Positions 1 to 8,688 of a stretch of DNA of 38,025 bases are shown here, piece after piece. This DNA comes from Candidatus Woesearchaeota archaeon (GTDB lineage: Archaea > Nanobdellota > Nanobdellia > SCGC-AAA011-G17 > JACPNG01). Below the pieces are notes generated by a model, which was not told the origin of the DNA, did no database searches, and saw only the letters and a list, made by a program, of their open reading frames with translations. Position numbers and translations under genes: made by a program. Location of the stretch: NCBI GenBank assembly GCA_017609525.1, contig JAFCDT010000008.1:1-38025 (forward strand), written 5' to 3'. Position 1 is the stretch's first letter; the number at the start of each line of letters is the position of its first letter.

Positions 1-45
1 TAAATAGAAAACTTTTTAAAGAAAAATTAAAGAAAACTTACTAAA

Positions 46-255
46 ATGACTAAGAAAGTTGGTTCTACAGGAAGATTTGGAGCAAGGTATGGAAAGAAGG
101 TAAGAAGAAAAGTTTTGGATATTGAGAAAATACAAAGAAAACCGCATCAGTGTCCTTATTGTTCAAGCTTAAGAGCTAAAAGAATAGCTTCAGGAATTTG
201 GTATTGTAAAAAATGTGATGCTAAATTTACCGGGAGGGCTTATACTGTAAAATGA
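46..255 (+). CDS. rpl37ae: 50S ribosomal protein L37Ae (eL43)
   Basis: [15 protein letters not shown]-terminus and CPYC...CKKC zinc ribbon. Confidence 0.97.
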   Translation: MTKKVGSTGRFGARYGKKVRRKVLDIEKIQRKPHQCPYCSSLRAKRIASGIWYCKKCDAKFTGRAYTVK

Positions 256-389
256 AATCATACAAATGTTTTGATTGCGGGGCAAGCGTAAAACAAGATT
301 ATCTTAAGAAGAAAATCAGATGCCCTTATTGTGGAGGAAAGATATTATATAAACCCAGAACTGTTGTATCTAAAGTAAAAGCAAGATGA
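252..389 (+). CDS. rpoP: DNA-directed RNA polymerase subunit P (Rpo12)
   Basis: Not in ORF track. Manual translation [45 protein letters not shown] (45 aa) with YKCxxC and IRCPYCG..ILYK motifs; ATGA overlaps with both neighbours; usual position after rpl37ae. Confidence 0.95.
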   Translation: MKSYKCFDCGASVKQDYLKKKIRCPYCGGKILYKPRTVVSKVKAR

Positions 390-712
390 AGAAGGAAATT
401 GAAGAAAAAATAAACCAGCTACAGATTATTGAACAAAATCTACAAGAATTTTTTATGCAAAAGCAAAACTTTCAGAATCAACTAATGGAAGTAAATTCTG
501 CTTTAGGGGAATTAAATAAAAGCAAAGATGATTGTTATAAGCTAGTTGGAAATGTGATGTTTAAAGAAAAAAAGGAAAATTTAATTAAGGAATTAAAGAA
601 TAAAAAAGATATTCTAGATTTAAGAATTAAAAACATAGAAAAACAAGAAAAAAAAATAAAGGAACAAGCAACTGAACTACAAAAAGAGGTTGTTAGTTCA
701 ATGGAAAAATGA
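386..712 (+). CDS. pfdB: prefoldin beta subunit
   Basis: Coiled coils flanking a YKLVGNVM beta-hairpin; usual context. Confidence 0.92.
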   Translation: MKKEIEEKINQLQIIEQNLQEFFMQKQNFQNQLMEVNSALGELNKSKDDCYKLVGNVMFKEKKENLIKELKNKKDILDLRIKNIEKQEKKIKEQATELQKEVVSSMEK

Positions 713-945
713 TGGGCGAGGCAGTAAATCTTTTGATACAGATTGAAGAGGATATGACTGTTCCGAAAAATATTAGAACAAAAATTAGAGAGGCCATTTC
801 TATTTTAAATAGTGATGATGAAGAAGCAATAAAATTGGATAGATCTTTACAACACTTGGATGGCCTGACTGATGACCCCAGTGTGCCGAGCTATACCCGG
901 GCACAGATATTAAATATTGTTAGCCTATTAGAGAGTAATGAATAG
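709..945 (+). CDS. UPF0147 family protein
   Basis: EDMTVPKNIR and DDPSVPSYTR..ILNIVSLLE motifs. Confidence 0.85.
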   Translation: MMGEAVNLLIQIEEDMTVPKNIRTKIREAISILNSDDEEAIKLDRSLQHLDGLTDDPSVPSYTRAQILNIVSLLESNE

Positions 946-995
946 AAATCTTTATATATTTGTTCATTATTTTTAAATACTACTGGAGTTTTAGG

Positions 996-1394
996 ATGAA
1001 ACGAGTGATTTCACAACTTAGGGATAAATTTCTTGGTAAAGGTGCTAATGTTGACTATAGTGATTTAGATGAGGAAGACTATTTAGAGATTGACGCTGGC
1101 AAGGATATTGGAACTAAACAAAAAATCGTTGTTAAACCTTTTGTTGTCGAGGAATTTGCTCATGTTAAACCTGCATTAGATGCTCTTAGAGAGGGCTATA
1201 CTATTGCTTTGATTAATATTAAGCCAATAAAAGATAAGGACATTGTTGAATTAAAAAGAGCAGTTAATAAATTAAAAAAAACATGTGATGCTATTGAAGG
1301 TGATATTGCTGGTTTTGGTGAGGATTGGATTGTTGTAACTCCAAATTTCGCAGAAATTTACAGGACTAAACAGATTGAAGAATTGGAGGAGTAA
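996..1394 (+). CDS. sepF: cell division protein SepF (archaeal type)
   Basis: C-terminal LKRAVNKLKKTCDAIEGDIAGFGEDWIVVTP; ATG 996 preferred over TTG 960, which abuts the TATA box at 951-958. Confidence 0.85.
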   Translation: MKRVISQLRDKFLGKGANVDYSDLDEEDYLEIDAGKDIGTKQKIVVKPFVVEEFAHVKPALDALREGYTIALINIKPIKDKDIVELKRAVNKLKKTCDAIEGDIAGFGEDWIVVTPNFAEIYRTKQIEELEE

Positions 1395-1402
1395 TTCTTT
1401 TT

Positions 1403-1579
1403 ATGATTGAACTAAAAGAATTTACAAAAGAGGAGAGGCTTATTCTGGGTTTGGACATAATTAAGTTTTATAGAGACAAGAAAAGAGGACTCACTAAAGC
1501 TCGGGAAAAACAATTTAAAACTAAACTAAAAGCATTAAAGAAAAAGAGGGACAAGTATCTAAAGGAACTAAAAGGTTAA
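1403..1579 (+). CDS. small basic hypothetical protein (58 aa)
   Basis: Manual translation MIELKEFTKEERLILGLDIIKFYRDKKRGLTKAREKQFKTKLKALKKKRDKYLKELKG; fills the gap after sepF; GGAGG upstream; T-rich tract downstream. Confidence 0.65.
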   Translation: MIELKEFTKEERLILGLDIIKFYRDKKRGLTKAREKQFKTKLKALKKKRDKYLKELKG

Positions 1580-1605
1580 TTCTCTTTCTTCTATTTTTGC
1601 AAACC

Positions 1606-1664
1606 TTTATATATAAGTTTTATTTCTTTTAATAAATATTAAAAATTGTATAAATATTAAAAAT
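1606..1664 (+). promoter_or_regulatory. TATA box plus candidate operator of GbsR-like regulator
   Basis: TTTATATA 1606-1613; inverted repeat TTTTAATA-aa-TATTAAAA 1627-1644; direct repeat ATAAATATTAAAAAT at 1632 and 1650. Confidence 0.5.
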
Positions 1665-2154
1665 GTTAAAACTTGATGAAATAGACAAAGATTTTATTGA
1701 ATTTTATCAGTCTATGGGTGAGGCCCATGGCATGGATAATTTGTTAACAAAAATCTTTGCCATACTTTATATTAAATCAAAGGAAGTAGCTATGGAAGAT
1801 TTAGCAAAAGAAACTGGCTATAGTTTAGCTACAATAAGTAACAAAATCAAATTTTTCGAGAACTTTGGCATAATTTCAAAGACCAATAAGCCTGGAACAA
1901 GAAAAATCTTTTTACGTGTAGACAATGATATGTTAAAAATTTTAAAAGAAACCTTAATGAAAAAACAACAATATGGAATCAATACTGCTAAGTCTAAACT
2001 TCCCACAATAATTAAAAAACATAAATCAAAAGCAAAAACTCTAGAACAAAAAAGAAAATTGAGAGTAATCGAAAACTATTATAATCAGGTTTTAAAGATT
2101 GAAAAGGTCTTTAAAGATTTTATAGGGAAACTCAACCAATTAGAAAATGAATAA
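1663..2154 (+). CDS. GbsR/MarR-family transcriptional regulator
   Basis: winged HTH: KIFAILY...MEDLAKETGYSLATISNKIK...KPGTRK. Confidence 0.85.
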   Translation: MLKLDEIDKDFIEFYQSMGEAHGMDNLLTKIFAILYIKSKEVAMEDLAKETGYSLATISNKIKFFENFGIISKTNKPGTRKIFLRVDNDMLKILKETLMKKQQYGINTAKSKLPTIIKKHKSKAKTLEQKRKLRVIENYYNQVLKIEKVFKDFIGKLNQLENE

Positions 2155-2836
2155 AAACATTATAAGATTGGATAGTGTATGGAAAATATATAAAATGGAT
2201 GAGGTAGAGGTTCCTGCTTTGCGTGGTTTGGACCTAACTGTTAAAAAAGGAGAATTTTTGGCTGTTCTTGGTCCTAGTGGAAGTGGAAAAAGCACTGCAT
2301 TGAATATGATTGGCAGTCTAGACACACCCACTAAAGGAAAGATCTATCTGGATGGCATAAATATTTCCACTTTAAACGAATCAGACCTAGCCCAGTTAAG
2401 AGGAAGGAAGGTTGGTTTTATTTTTCAGGTATTTAATTTAATTCCAAGTTTAGATGCTGTTGGCAATGTGGCTTTGCCAATGGTATTTCAGGGAGTTTCC
2501 AGAGAAAGCAGGATTAAAAGAGCCAAAAATCTTTTGATTAAACTTGGATTGGGGCATAGGCTAACGCACAAACCAAGCCAACTAAGTGGAGGAGAAAGAC
2601 AAAGGGTTGCAATTGCCAGATCCTTAGCTAATGATCCAGAAGTAATCCTTGCTGACGAGCCTACTGGAAATTTAGACTCCAAATCTGGATTAGAGGTTAT
2701 GGAAATATTAAAGAACCTGCACAAAAAAGAAAATAAAACAGTGATTTTGGTTACACATGACCAGAAGCTGGTAAGATATAGCCAAAGAATCTGCTATTTA
2801 ATGGATGGGAAAATTATAAAAACTAGAAGGATGTGA
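2147..2836 (+). CDS. ABC transporter ATP-binding protein (LolD/MacB-like)
   Basis: GPSGSGKST, LSGGERQR, ILADEPTGNLD, VTHD. Confidence 0.95.
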   Translation: MNKNIIRLDSVWKIYKMDEVEVPALRGLDLTVKKGEFLAVLGPSGSGKSTALNMIGSLDTPTKGKIYLDGINISTLNESDLAQLRGRKVGFIFQVFNLIPSLDAVGNVALPMVFQGVSRESRIKRAKNLLIKLGLGHRLTHKPSQLSGGERQRVAIARSLANDPEVILADEPTGNLDSKSGLEVMEILKNLHKKENKTVILVTHDQKLVRYSQRICYLMDGKIIKTRRM

Positions 2837-2843
2837 TAATGCT

Positions 2844-4220
2844 ATGAAAAAAGGGGCTTTTTTGTTAATATTTTTAGTATGCATGATTTCTGTTATGGCT
2901 ATTGAACAGGATACAACAAGCAGCTGGCTTAATAGAACAAGCAGTGTAGGAAATTACCCCCAAATTGATGTTGTTTCTTTAAAGTATGAACCCTATCCAG
3001 TTGAACCAGGGCAGTACTTTACTCTGTGGTTAAAGATTAAAAATTTAGGCAATGTAAAGGCAGATAATGTCGAGGTTGAACTAATTGAAAAAGAGCCATT
3101 TTCAATTGGAGAAAATAAACAAATAATTGGAAGTTTGGGCAGCAGACAGGAATATTTATTGAAGTTTGAGAATATTAAAGTTAGCGAGGATGCTGTTGAA
3201 GGAGATAACACTTTAGAGATTAGATCAACAGCTGGCGGAGGTTATTCTAATGAATTTAAGATTAAGAAGATAGATATAAGGATACAGAGTGTTAGCCCTG
3301 TTTTAGATATTTCTGTTAAATCTGAACCTGAAATGATCCCGCAAGGAGGAACTGCAAACATTACCTTAACTCTAAAGAATACTGCCAAGTCTCTGCTGAA
3401 GGACATAACTGTTAAATTAAATTTGCCTGATGAATTAGTTCCTGTTAATTCTGTTGCTGAAAAGAAGATAGACAGAATTAAACCAGGATTTGAAAAAGAT
3501 CTTAGCTTTAATATTCTTGCTTTGTCTGATGCTGCTGCTAAGGCATATAAAGTTGGAATGAATATTACCTATTATGATGAAATTGGCAATGTTTATGACA
3601 AAGATAATGTGATGGGTTTGTTGGTTGGTTCTAGCCCCGAGTTTGCAATTTATGTTGGGGATAATGAGATTTTGAAAAGGGGGGAGGTTGGAAATATTTT
3701 CTTTGACGTTTATAATATTGGACCAAGCGATATAAAATTTGTTAATATAGAGCTTATTCCTACTAAAAATTACGATGTTGTTTCTGTTCCCAAACTCTAC
3801 TTAGGCAATATTGATTCTGATGACTATGAAAGCGGGGAATTTAAGGTTTATGTTAATCGTTGTTTCATGTGCGAGAATGAAATTAAATTCAAAGTTTTTT
3901 TAGAATATAGTGACAGCTATAATAATCAAAAACAAGAAATCATTTATGTTCCTTTAAAACTTTATTCTGGGAAAGAAATTAAGGCATTTGGTTTGAGGAA
4001 GGTTGGAAATGGCTATTCTCCCATAATCTATCTGATTGTTATAATATTTATATACCTAGCTTACAAGGGCTATAGGAAAGAAAAGGAATTGCCCAAGGCA
4101 TTGAAGTATGCGGCTCTTCGTATGCTTACTTATGTTGTTAAATTTGTACGCAAGCTTAGGTGGAGGTACATTAAAAGAGTACCAAGGAAACTAAAGCACT
4201 TTTTCAGAAGCTTACGATGA
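2844..4220 (+). CDS. COG1361-type exported S-layer-domain protein
   Basis: Signal peptide, repeated Ig-like modules (YEPYPVEPG, YLGNIDSDDYES), C-terminal TM helix and basic tail; usual partner of archaeal MacB-type ABC operons. Confidence 0.75.
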   Translation: MKKGAFLLIFLVCMISVMAIEQDTTSSWLNRTSSVGNYPQIDVVSLKYEPYPVEPGQYFTLWLKIKNLGNVKADNVEVELIEKEPFSIGENKQIIGSLGSRQEYLLKFENIKVSEDAVEGDNTLEIRSTAGGGYSNEFKIKKIDIRIQSVSPVLDISVKSEPEMIPQGGTANITLTLKNTAKSLLKDITVKLNLPDELVPVNSVAEKKIDRIKPGFEKDLSFNILALSDAAAKAYKVGMNITYYDEIGNVYDKDNVMGLLVGSSPEFAIYVGDNEILKRGEVGNIFFDVYNIGPSDIKFVNIELIPTKNYDVVSVPKLYLGNIDSDDYESGEFKVYVNRCFMCENEIKFKVFLEYSDSYNNQKQEIIYVPLKLYSGKEIKAFGLRKVGNGYSPIIYLIVIIFIYLAYKGYRKEKELPKALKYAALRMLTYVVKFVRKLRWRYIKRVPRKLKHFFRSLR

Positions 4221-5446
4221 TAGCAGATTATTTTATTTATTCTTTTAATGGTATAAGAAATAGAAAACTAAGATCATGGATGACTGTAACCGGTATATTT
4301 ATTGGAATATTTGCTGTTGTTTCTTTATTAAGTCTGAGCGATGGTTTAAAGAATGCAATTAACAGCCAGTTTGAGAGTGTGGGTGCAGATAGGATAATTG
4401 TTAAGCCTGGGGGAGGAGACTTTGCTGGTTCAACTCCTGTTACAGGTGAGTGGTCTGCCGCCAAACTTTACGAAGATGATTTGGATGTGGTTAAAAAAAC
4501 AAAAGGGGTAGATCTTGCTATTGGAATAATAATACAAAACGGAAAGGTTGAGTTTAATGATGAGGTAAAGTATCTTAATATTGGCGGAGTTCCTACTGGT
4601 AAAGATGTTCAGGAGATGGCAGATAAAACAGATTTTTTACAAGTATCAGATGGGAGATTTTTTAAAGAGGGGGATCGAAATAGGGCGATTATTGGCCATG
4701 GAATGATGAATGACCTCTTTGGTAAAAGTCTTAAGGTTAGAGATACAATTTTAATAAAAGATGAGAAATTTAAAGTTATTGGAGTTTTTAAGAAATCGGG
4801 AAATCCAGTTAATGATTACGTTGTTAGGATACCAATAGAGGATGCAAGAGAACTATTTGATTTAGAAGAGGAAGGGCTTTCTACTATTATGGCAGTTACA
4901 AATAAAGGATTAGATCCAGAAATTGTTAAGAAAAATATTGAGAAAGAATTAAGAGAACATAGGGATGTTAAGGAAGATGAAGAGGATTTCACTGTTACAA
5001 CTTCAAAACAACTTATCCAAGGTTTTAATACTATACTGGATGTTGTCCAGTTTGTTATTGTTGGAATTGCAGCAATAAGTTTGCTGGTTGGAGGCATTGG
5101 TATAATGAATACTATGTATACCAGTGTTTTGGAAAGAACCAAGGAAATAGGAACTATGAAAGCCATTGGTGCTAGAAACAAAGACATTCTTACAATTTTT
5201 ATGATTGAATCTGGATTTTTTGGATTGGTTGGTGGTTTTATAGGAACTGTTCTTGGGCTTTTAATGAGCAAGGGCGTTGAATTTGGAGCCGCTAGTGCTG
5301 GTTTTGACATATTAAAGGCATCTGTTAGTCCTTTTTTAGTGATTGGTGCTTTGTTATTTTCGTTCTTAGTTGGATGTGTATCTGGGATATTTCCAGCTAT
5401 GAAAGCTGCTAAATTAAAACCCGTGGATGCTTTGAGGTATGAATAA
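4217..5446 (+). CDS. MacB/FtsX-family ABC permease
   Basis: RSWMTVTGIFIG; GGIGIMNTMYTSVLERTKEIG; PA..AAKLKPVDALRYE. Confidence 0.93.
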   Translation: MIADYFIYSFNGIRNRKLRSWMTVTGIFIGIFAVVSLLSLSDGLKNAINSQFESVGADRIIVKPGGGDFAGSTPVTGEWSAAKLYEDDLDVVKKTKGVDLAIGIIIQNGKVEFNDEVKYLNIGGVPTGKDVQEMADKTDFLQVSDGRFFKEGDRNRAIIGHGMMNDLFGKSLKVRDTILIKDEKFKVIGVFKKSGNPVNDYVVRIPIEDARELFDLEEEGLSTIMAVTNKGLDPEIVKKNIEKELREHRDVKEDEEDFTVTTSKQLIQGFNTILDVVQFVIVGIAAISLLVGGIGIMNTMYTSVLERTKEIGTMKAIGARNKDILTIFMIESGFFGLVGGFIGTVLGLLMSKGVEFGAASAGFDILKASVSPFLVIGALLFSFLVGCVSGIFPAMKAAKLKPVDALRYE

Positions 5447-6368
5447 TGAATCAATATGTTAGATTAAGCTGGGAAAGCATAAAACATAGGAAGGTTAGAT
5501 CTTGGTTAACTATGTTGGGAATATTTGTTGGTATTGCTTCTATTGTTGCCTTGATTAGTTTGGGTCAAGGAATGAGTAATGTGGTTAATGAGCAGTTTGA
5601 AATGATGGGCGTTGATAAGATAATGATAATGCCTGGTCAAAATCTTCAAAGTATGGGATTGGCTGGAGAGGTGCTGTCGGAAGACGATGTTGAATTTATT
5701 GAGAAAATTAAAGGTGTAAAGTTGGTTGCTCCTATGTTATATAAAACTGTAAGGTTGAAATATAAGGATCAGATGGAGTTTGGTTTTGTTATAGGTTTGC
5801 CGACAGACGAAAGCATGGATATTATTATGAGTATGGGAAATTTTAATATTGAAAATGGAAGAAAACTAGAAAAAAAAGATAAAAATAAGGCAATGGTTGG
5901 TTGTAGACATACTAATGGAGACTTATTTGATAAAAAAGTTAGAATCGGGGATAAAATATATGCAGAAGATCAAGGATATACTGTTGTTGGTTCAATGGAA
6001 TGTATTGGTAGCAAACCCGATGATGGACAAATTTATATCCCTTTAGATTCTGCAAGGGATTTACTTAATGAGCAGACGAAAATAGATGCTATGTATGTTC
6101 AGGTTAAAGATGGATTTAATCCTAGCGAGGTTGCTGAAACAATTAAGAAAAAGATGAGAAAAGATAGGGATTTAGAAAAAGGGGAGGAAAATTTTAACAT
6201 ACAAACCTCTGAACAGTTAATGGAATCTTTTGGAGTCATTCTCGGTGTTGTACAGGCAGTTTTGATTGGTATTGCAGCAATAAGTTTGCTGGTTGGCGGT
6301 ATTGGAATAATGAATATTATGTATACCAGTGTTTTGGAAAGAACCAAGGAAATAGGAGTTATGAAAGC
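5066..6368 (+). repeat. 98-nt near-identical block shared by the two permeases (5066-5163 and 6271-6368)
   Basis: Manual alignment 92/98 identical, with exact runs of 26 and 40 nt. Confidence 0.85.
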
Positions 6369-6648
6369 TGTGGGTGCGAGAAATAAGGATATAATGATGA
6401 TCTTCCTGATTGAGTCTGGTATGATGGGCTTGGGGGGAGGGGCTATTGGAGTAGTTATTGGTATAGCTATTGGAAAGTTTATTGAGTCAATTGCTGCTAA
6501 GACAGGTTATGTTTTTTTAAAGATAACTTTTGATCCTGGGTTGATTATTGGTGCTCTGGCTTTTTCTTTTGTTGTGGGTGCTTTATCTGGTTTATTGCCT
6601 GCCAGAAGGGCTGCAAAATTAAAACCTGTGGATGCTCTGAGATACTAG
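5446..6648 (+). CDS. MacB/FtsX-family ABC permease (second paralog)
   Basis: Same motifs as the upstream permease. Confidence 0.93.
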   Translation: MNQYVRLSWESIKHRKVRSWLTMLGIFVGIASIVALISLGQGMSNVVNEQFEMMGVDKIMIMPGQNLQSMGLAGEVLSEDDVEFIEKIKGVKLVAPMLYKTVRLKYKDQMEFGFVIGLPTDESMDIIMSMGNFNIENGRKLEKKDKNKAMVGCRHTNGDLFDKKVRIGDKIYAEDQGYTVVGSMECIGSKPDDGQIYIPLDSARDLLNEQTKIDAMYVQVKDGFNPSEVAETIKKKMRKDRDLEKGEENFNIQTSEQLMESFGVILGVVQAVLIGIAAISLLVGGIGIMNIMYTSVLERTKEIGVMKAVGARNKDIMMIFLIESGMMGLGGGAIGVVIGIAIGKFIESIAAKTGYVFLKITFDPGLIIGALAFSFVVGALSGLLPARRAAKLKPVDALRY

Positions 6649-7212
6649 CTTTTTTAATAATTTCTTATCTTTTTCAAATATAATTGCTTCTATTTCTTTT
6701 AAGTTTTCTTCTGGTTTTTTTGATGTGTCCAGAATGTATTGATATTTTTTAGCTATTTCTAATTCTTTTTTAATTGATCTTAATCTTGCCTTTTCATTTG
6801 GATCTCCTTTTTTCTCTATTCTTTTCTTAAGTATTTCAAATGGAGGTGATAAAAAGATAGTTATTATTTTTTCTGGAAGTTTGTCTTTATTTTTCATCAA
6901 AGTTAAAAATCCCTGGACGTCTATTACAAGTATGGGTATTTTATCTTCTTCTATTACTGAGTAGAGATCTTTTTTTTGGGTACCATAGTAATCTGTATGA
7001 ACTTTGGCAATTTCAAGAAACCTTTCCTTATTTTCAAATTCTTTCTTTTTTAAGAAGTGATAATCTTTGCCATTAACCTCTCCGGGTCTTGGTTTTCTAG
7101 AAGTAGATGTAATTACTCTTTTAAGGTTGTGGTGTTTTGCTAATAGTAAATTGACCTGGGTGTTCTTTCCTGATTGAGAAGGCCCTGAAATGATGACAAC
7201 CTTTTCTTTCAT
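6619..7212 (-). CDS. gmk: guanylate kinase
   Basis: IISGPSQSGK P-loop; TSRKPRPGEVNGKDYHF; YYGT; IDVQG. Confidence 0.9.
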   Translation of the reverse strand: MKEKVVIISGPSQSGKNTQVNLLLAKHHNLKRVITSTSRKPRPGEVNGKDYHFLKKKEFENKERFLEIAKVHTDYYGTQKKDLYSVIEEDKIPILVIDVQGFLTLMKNKDKLPEKIITIFLSPPFEILKKRIEKKGDPNEKARLRSIKKELEIAKKYQYILDTSKKPEENLKEIEAIIFEKDKKLLKKLVSQSIHRF

Positions 7213-7736
7213 TTTTTCTTTATTATCCCTTCTTTTGTTATTAATGAATTTGGGATATGAATGACTTCTTTATCTTTATTTTCAATTTTTGTTTCTAACA
7301 AATTAATTTCTATTACTTTTCCTTCTAGGTTTTTTACTTTTATTTTATCTCCGACATTGATTTTGTTTTTTTTATGAATTATAAATCCCGAGATTATATT
7401 TGGCACAAAATCTTTTATTGATAATAAAATTGTTGTAACGATTACTACCATAATTCCTATAAATATAACATAGAGAATCTTGGTTGTTATTCCTAATTGG
7501 TTTAGTGCCAGGATTATTGTTATGAAATAAATTAAGTATTTTAATGTTCCTGAGATTATGTTTTCTATTGGTAATTTTATGTTTAGTTTTGTTTTGAGGA
7601 TCTTATTTACTTCTAATTCTTTTAGAAGTTTTTTTGTTAGTTTGCTTAGTATATTAGCTACTATTATTCCTGCCAAAAACAGTATTATTGCAGCTATGGT
7701 TCTTAGAAGGGTGTTATTTATTTCAATTAGATTCAT
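7209..7736 (-). CDS. short MscS-family mechanosensitive channel
   Basis: TM helices followed by NIISG...VGDKI...GKVIEINLLETKI...IPNS; C-terminal domain absent. Confidence 0.85.
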   Translation of the reverse strand: MNLIEINNTLLRTIAAIILFLAGIIVANILSKLTKKLLKELEVNKILKTKLNIKLPIENIISGTLKYLIYFITIILALNQLGITTKILYVIFIGIMVVIVTTILLSIKDFVPNIISGFIIHKKNKINVGDKIKVKNLEGKVIEINLLETKIENKDKEVIHIPNSLITKEGIIKKK

Positions 7737-7812
7737 TGTGCAATTAAATATCTTATTTAGTTTAAAAAGATTATGGAAAACTATTTAAAAATGGTAAGCC
7801 ATATTACTAGTT

Positions 7813-8649
7813 ATGCCAGTTAATCCAGGAATTCATTATCAAAAAGCAGAAGAAGAGTATAGAGAAGCCGTTACTATACAAGATAAATTAAAAGCTCTAA
7901 AAAAGATGATGGCTCTGGTGCCTAAGCATAAGAGTTCAGAGAATTTACAGAGAGAAATCAAGGAAAGAATATCCCGATATACTAAGATATTACAAAAGGA
8001 AAAACAACAAAAAAAGGGGAAAAAATCTAAATTTTCTATTAAAAAAGAAGGAGCTGCCACTGTTGTTATTGTGGGAACAACTAATTCGGGAAAAAGCACT
8101 TTATTGAGTAAATTAACTAATGCTAGACCAGAGATTGCCGATTACCCTTTTACAACTAAAAAACCAGAAATTGGTACCATGGATTATGAAGGTATTAAAA
8201 TACAGATTGTTGAGATTCCTGCCATCTTTGAACATTTTGAAGCAAGCCAGGATGGTTTAGCTTTAATGAGCATTATTAGATTAGCAGATTTAGTTATTTT
8301 AATGTTTAATAATGAGGAAGAAAAAAGATTATTAAGAAAGGAATTGGAAGAAGTTTTAGGTGAATACATTGAGTTTGAGAAAGTTAAGGGACTAAAAGAT
8401 TTGATTTGGAGAAGATTAAGGTTAATTAAGGTTTATACCAAGGTTCCGGGAGGCAAAAAACAGTTTCCACCATTGGCTTTGAAAAAAGGAGATTGTATTA
8501 AAGATATGGCTGAGCATATTCATAAAGATTTTATTAAAAAATTTCATTTTGCTAGGGTTTGGGGGAAAAGCGTTAAGCATCAGGGAATTAGAGTTAATTT
8601 AGATCATGTTTTGGAAGATAATGACTTGGTTGAATTACATATGAAATAA
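7813..8649 (+). CDS. DRG/Obg-family GTP-binding protein with TGS domain (degenerate G3-G5)
   Basis: PKHKSSE N-terminus, GTTNSGKST, DYPFTT, C-terminal TGS (ARVWGKS...DHVLEDNDLVELH). Confidence 0.85.
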   Translation: MPVNPGIHYQKAEEEYREAVTIQDKLKALKKMMALVPKHKSSENLQREIKERISRYTKILQKEKQQKKGKKSKFSIKKEGAATVVIVGTTNSGKSTLLSKLTNARPEIADYPFTTKKPEIGTMDYEGIKIQIVEIPAIFEHFEASQDGLALMSIIRLADLVILMFNNEEEKRLLRKELEEVLGEYIEFEKVKGLKDLIWRRLRLIKVYTKVPGGKKQFPPLALKKGDCIKDMAEHIHKDFIKKFHFARVWGKSVKHQGIRVNLDHVLEDNDLVELHMK

Positions 8650-8688
8650 AGAAGCAAATTATTTAAATTCTTAAAACAAGTTAATATT

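Noticed and set aside
960-995. TTG start for sepF given by the ORF track
   Set aside because: Immediately follows the TATA box, so it is probably not transcribed; ATG 996 has a purine-rich upstream motif
5066-6368. Repeat pair as a DGR template/variable region
   Set aside because: Mismatches are not adenine-specific, both copies are in conserved coding motifs, and no reverse transcriptase is present
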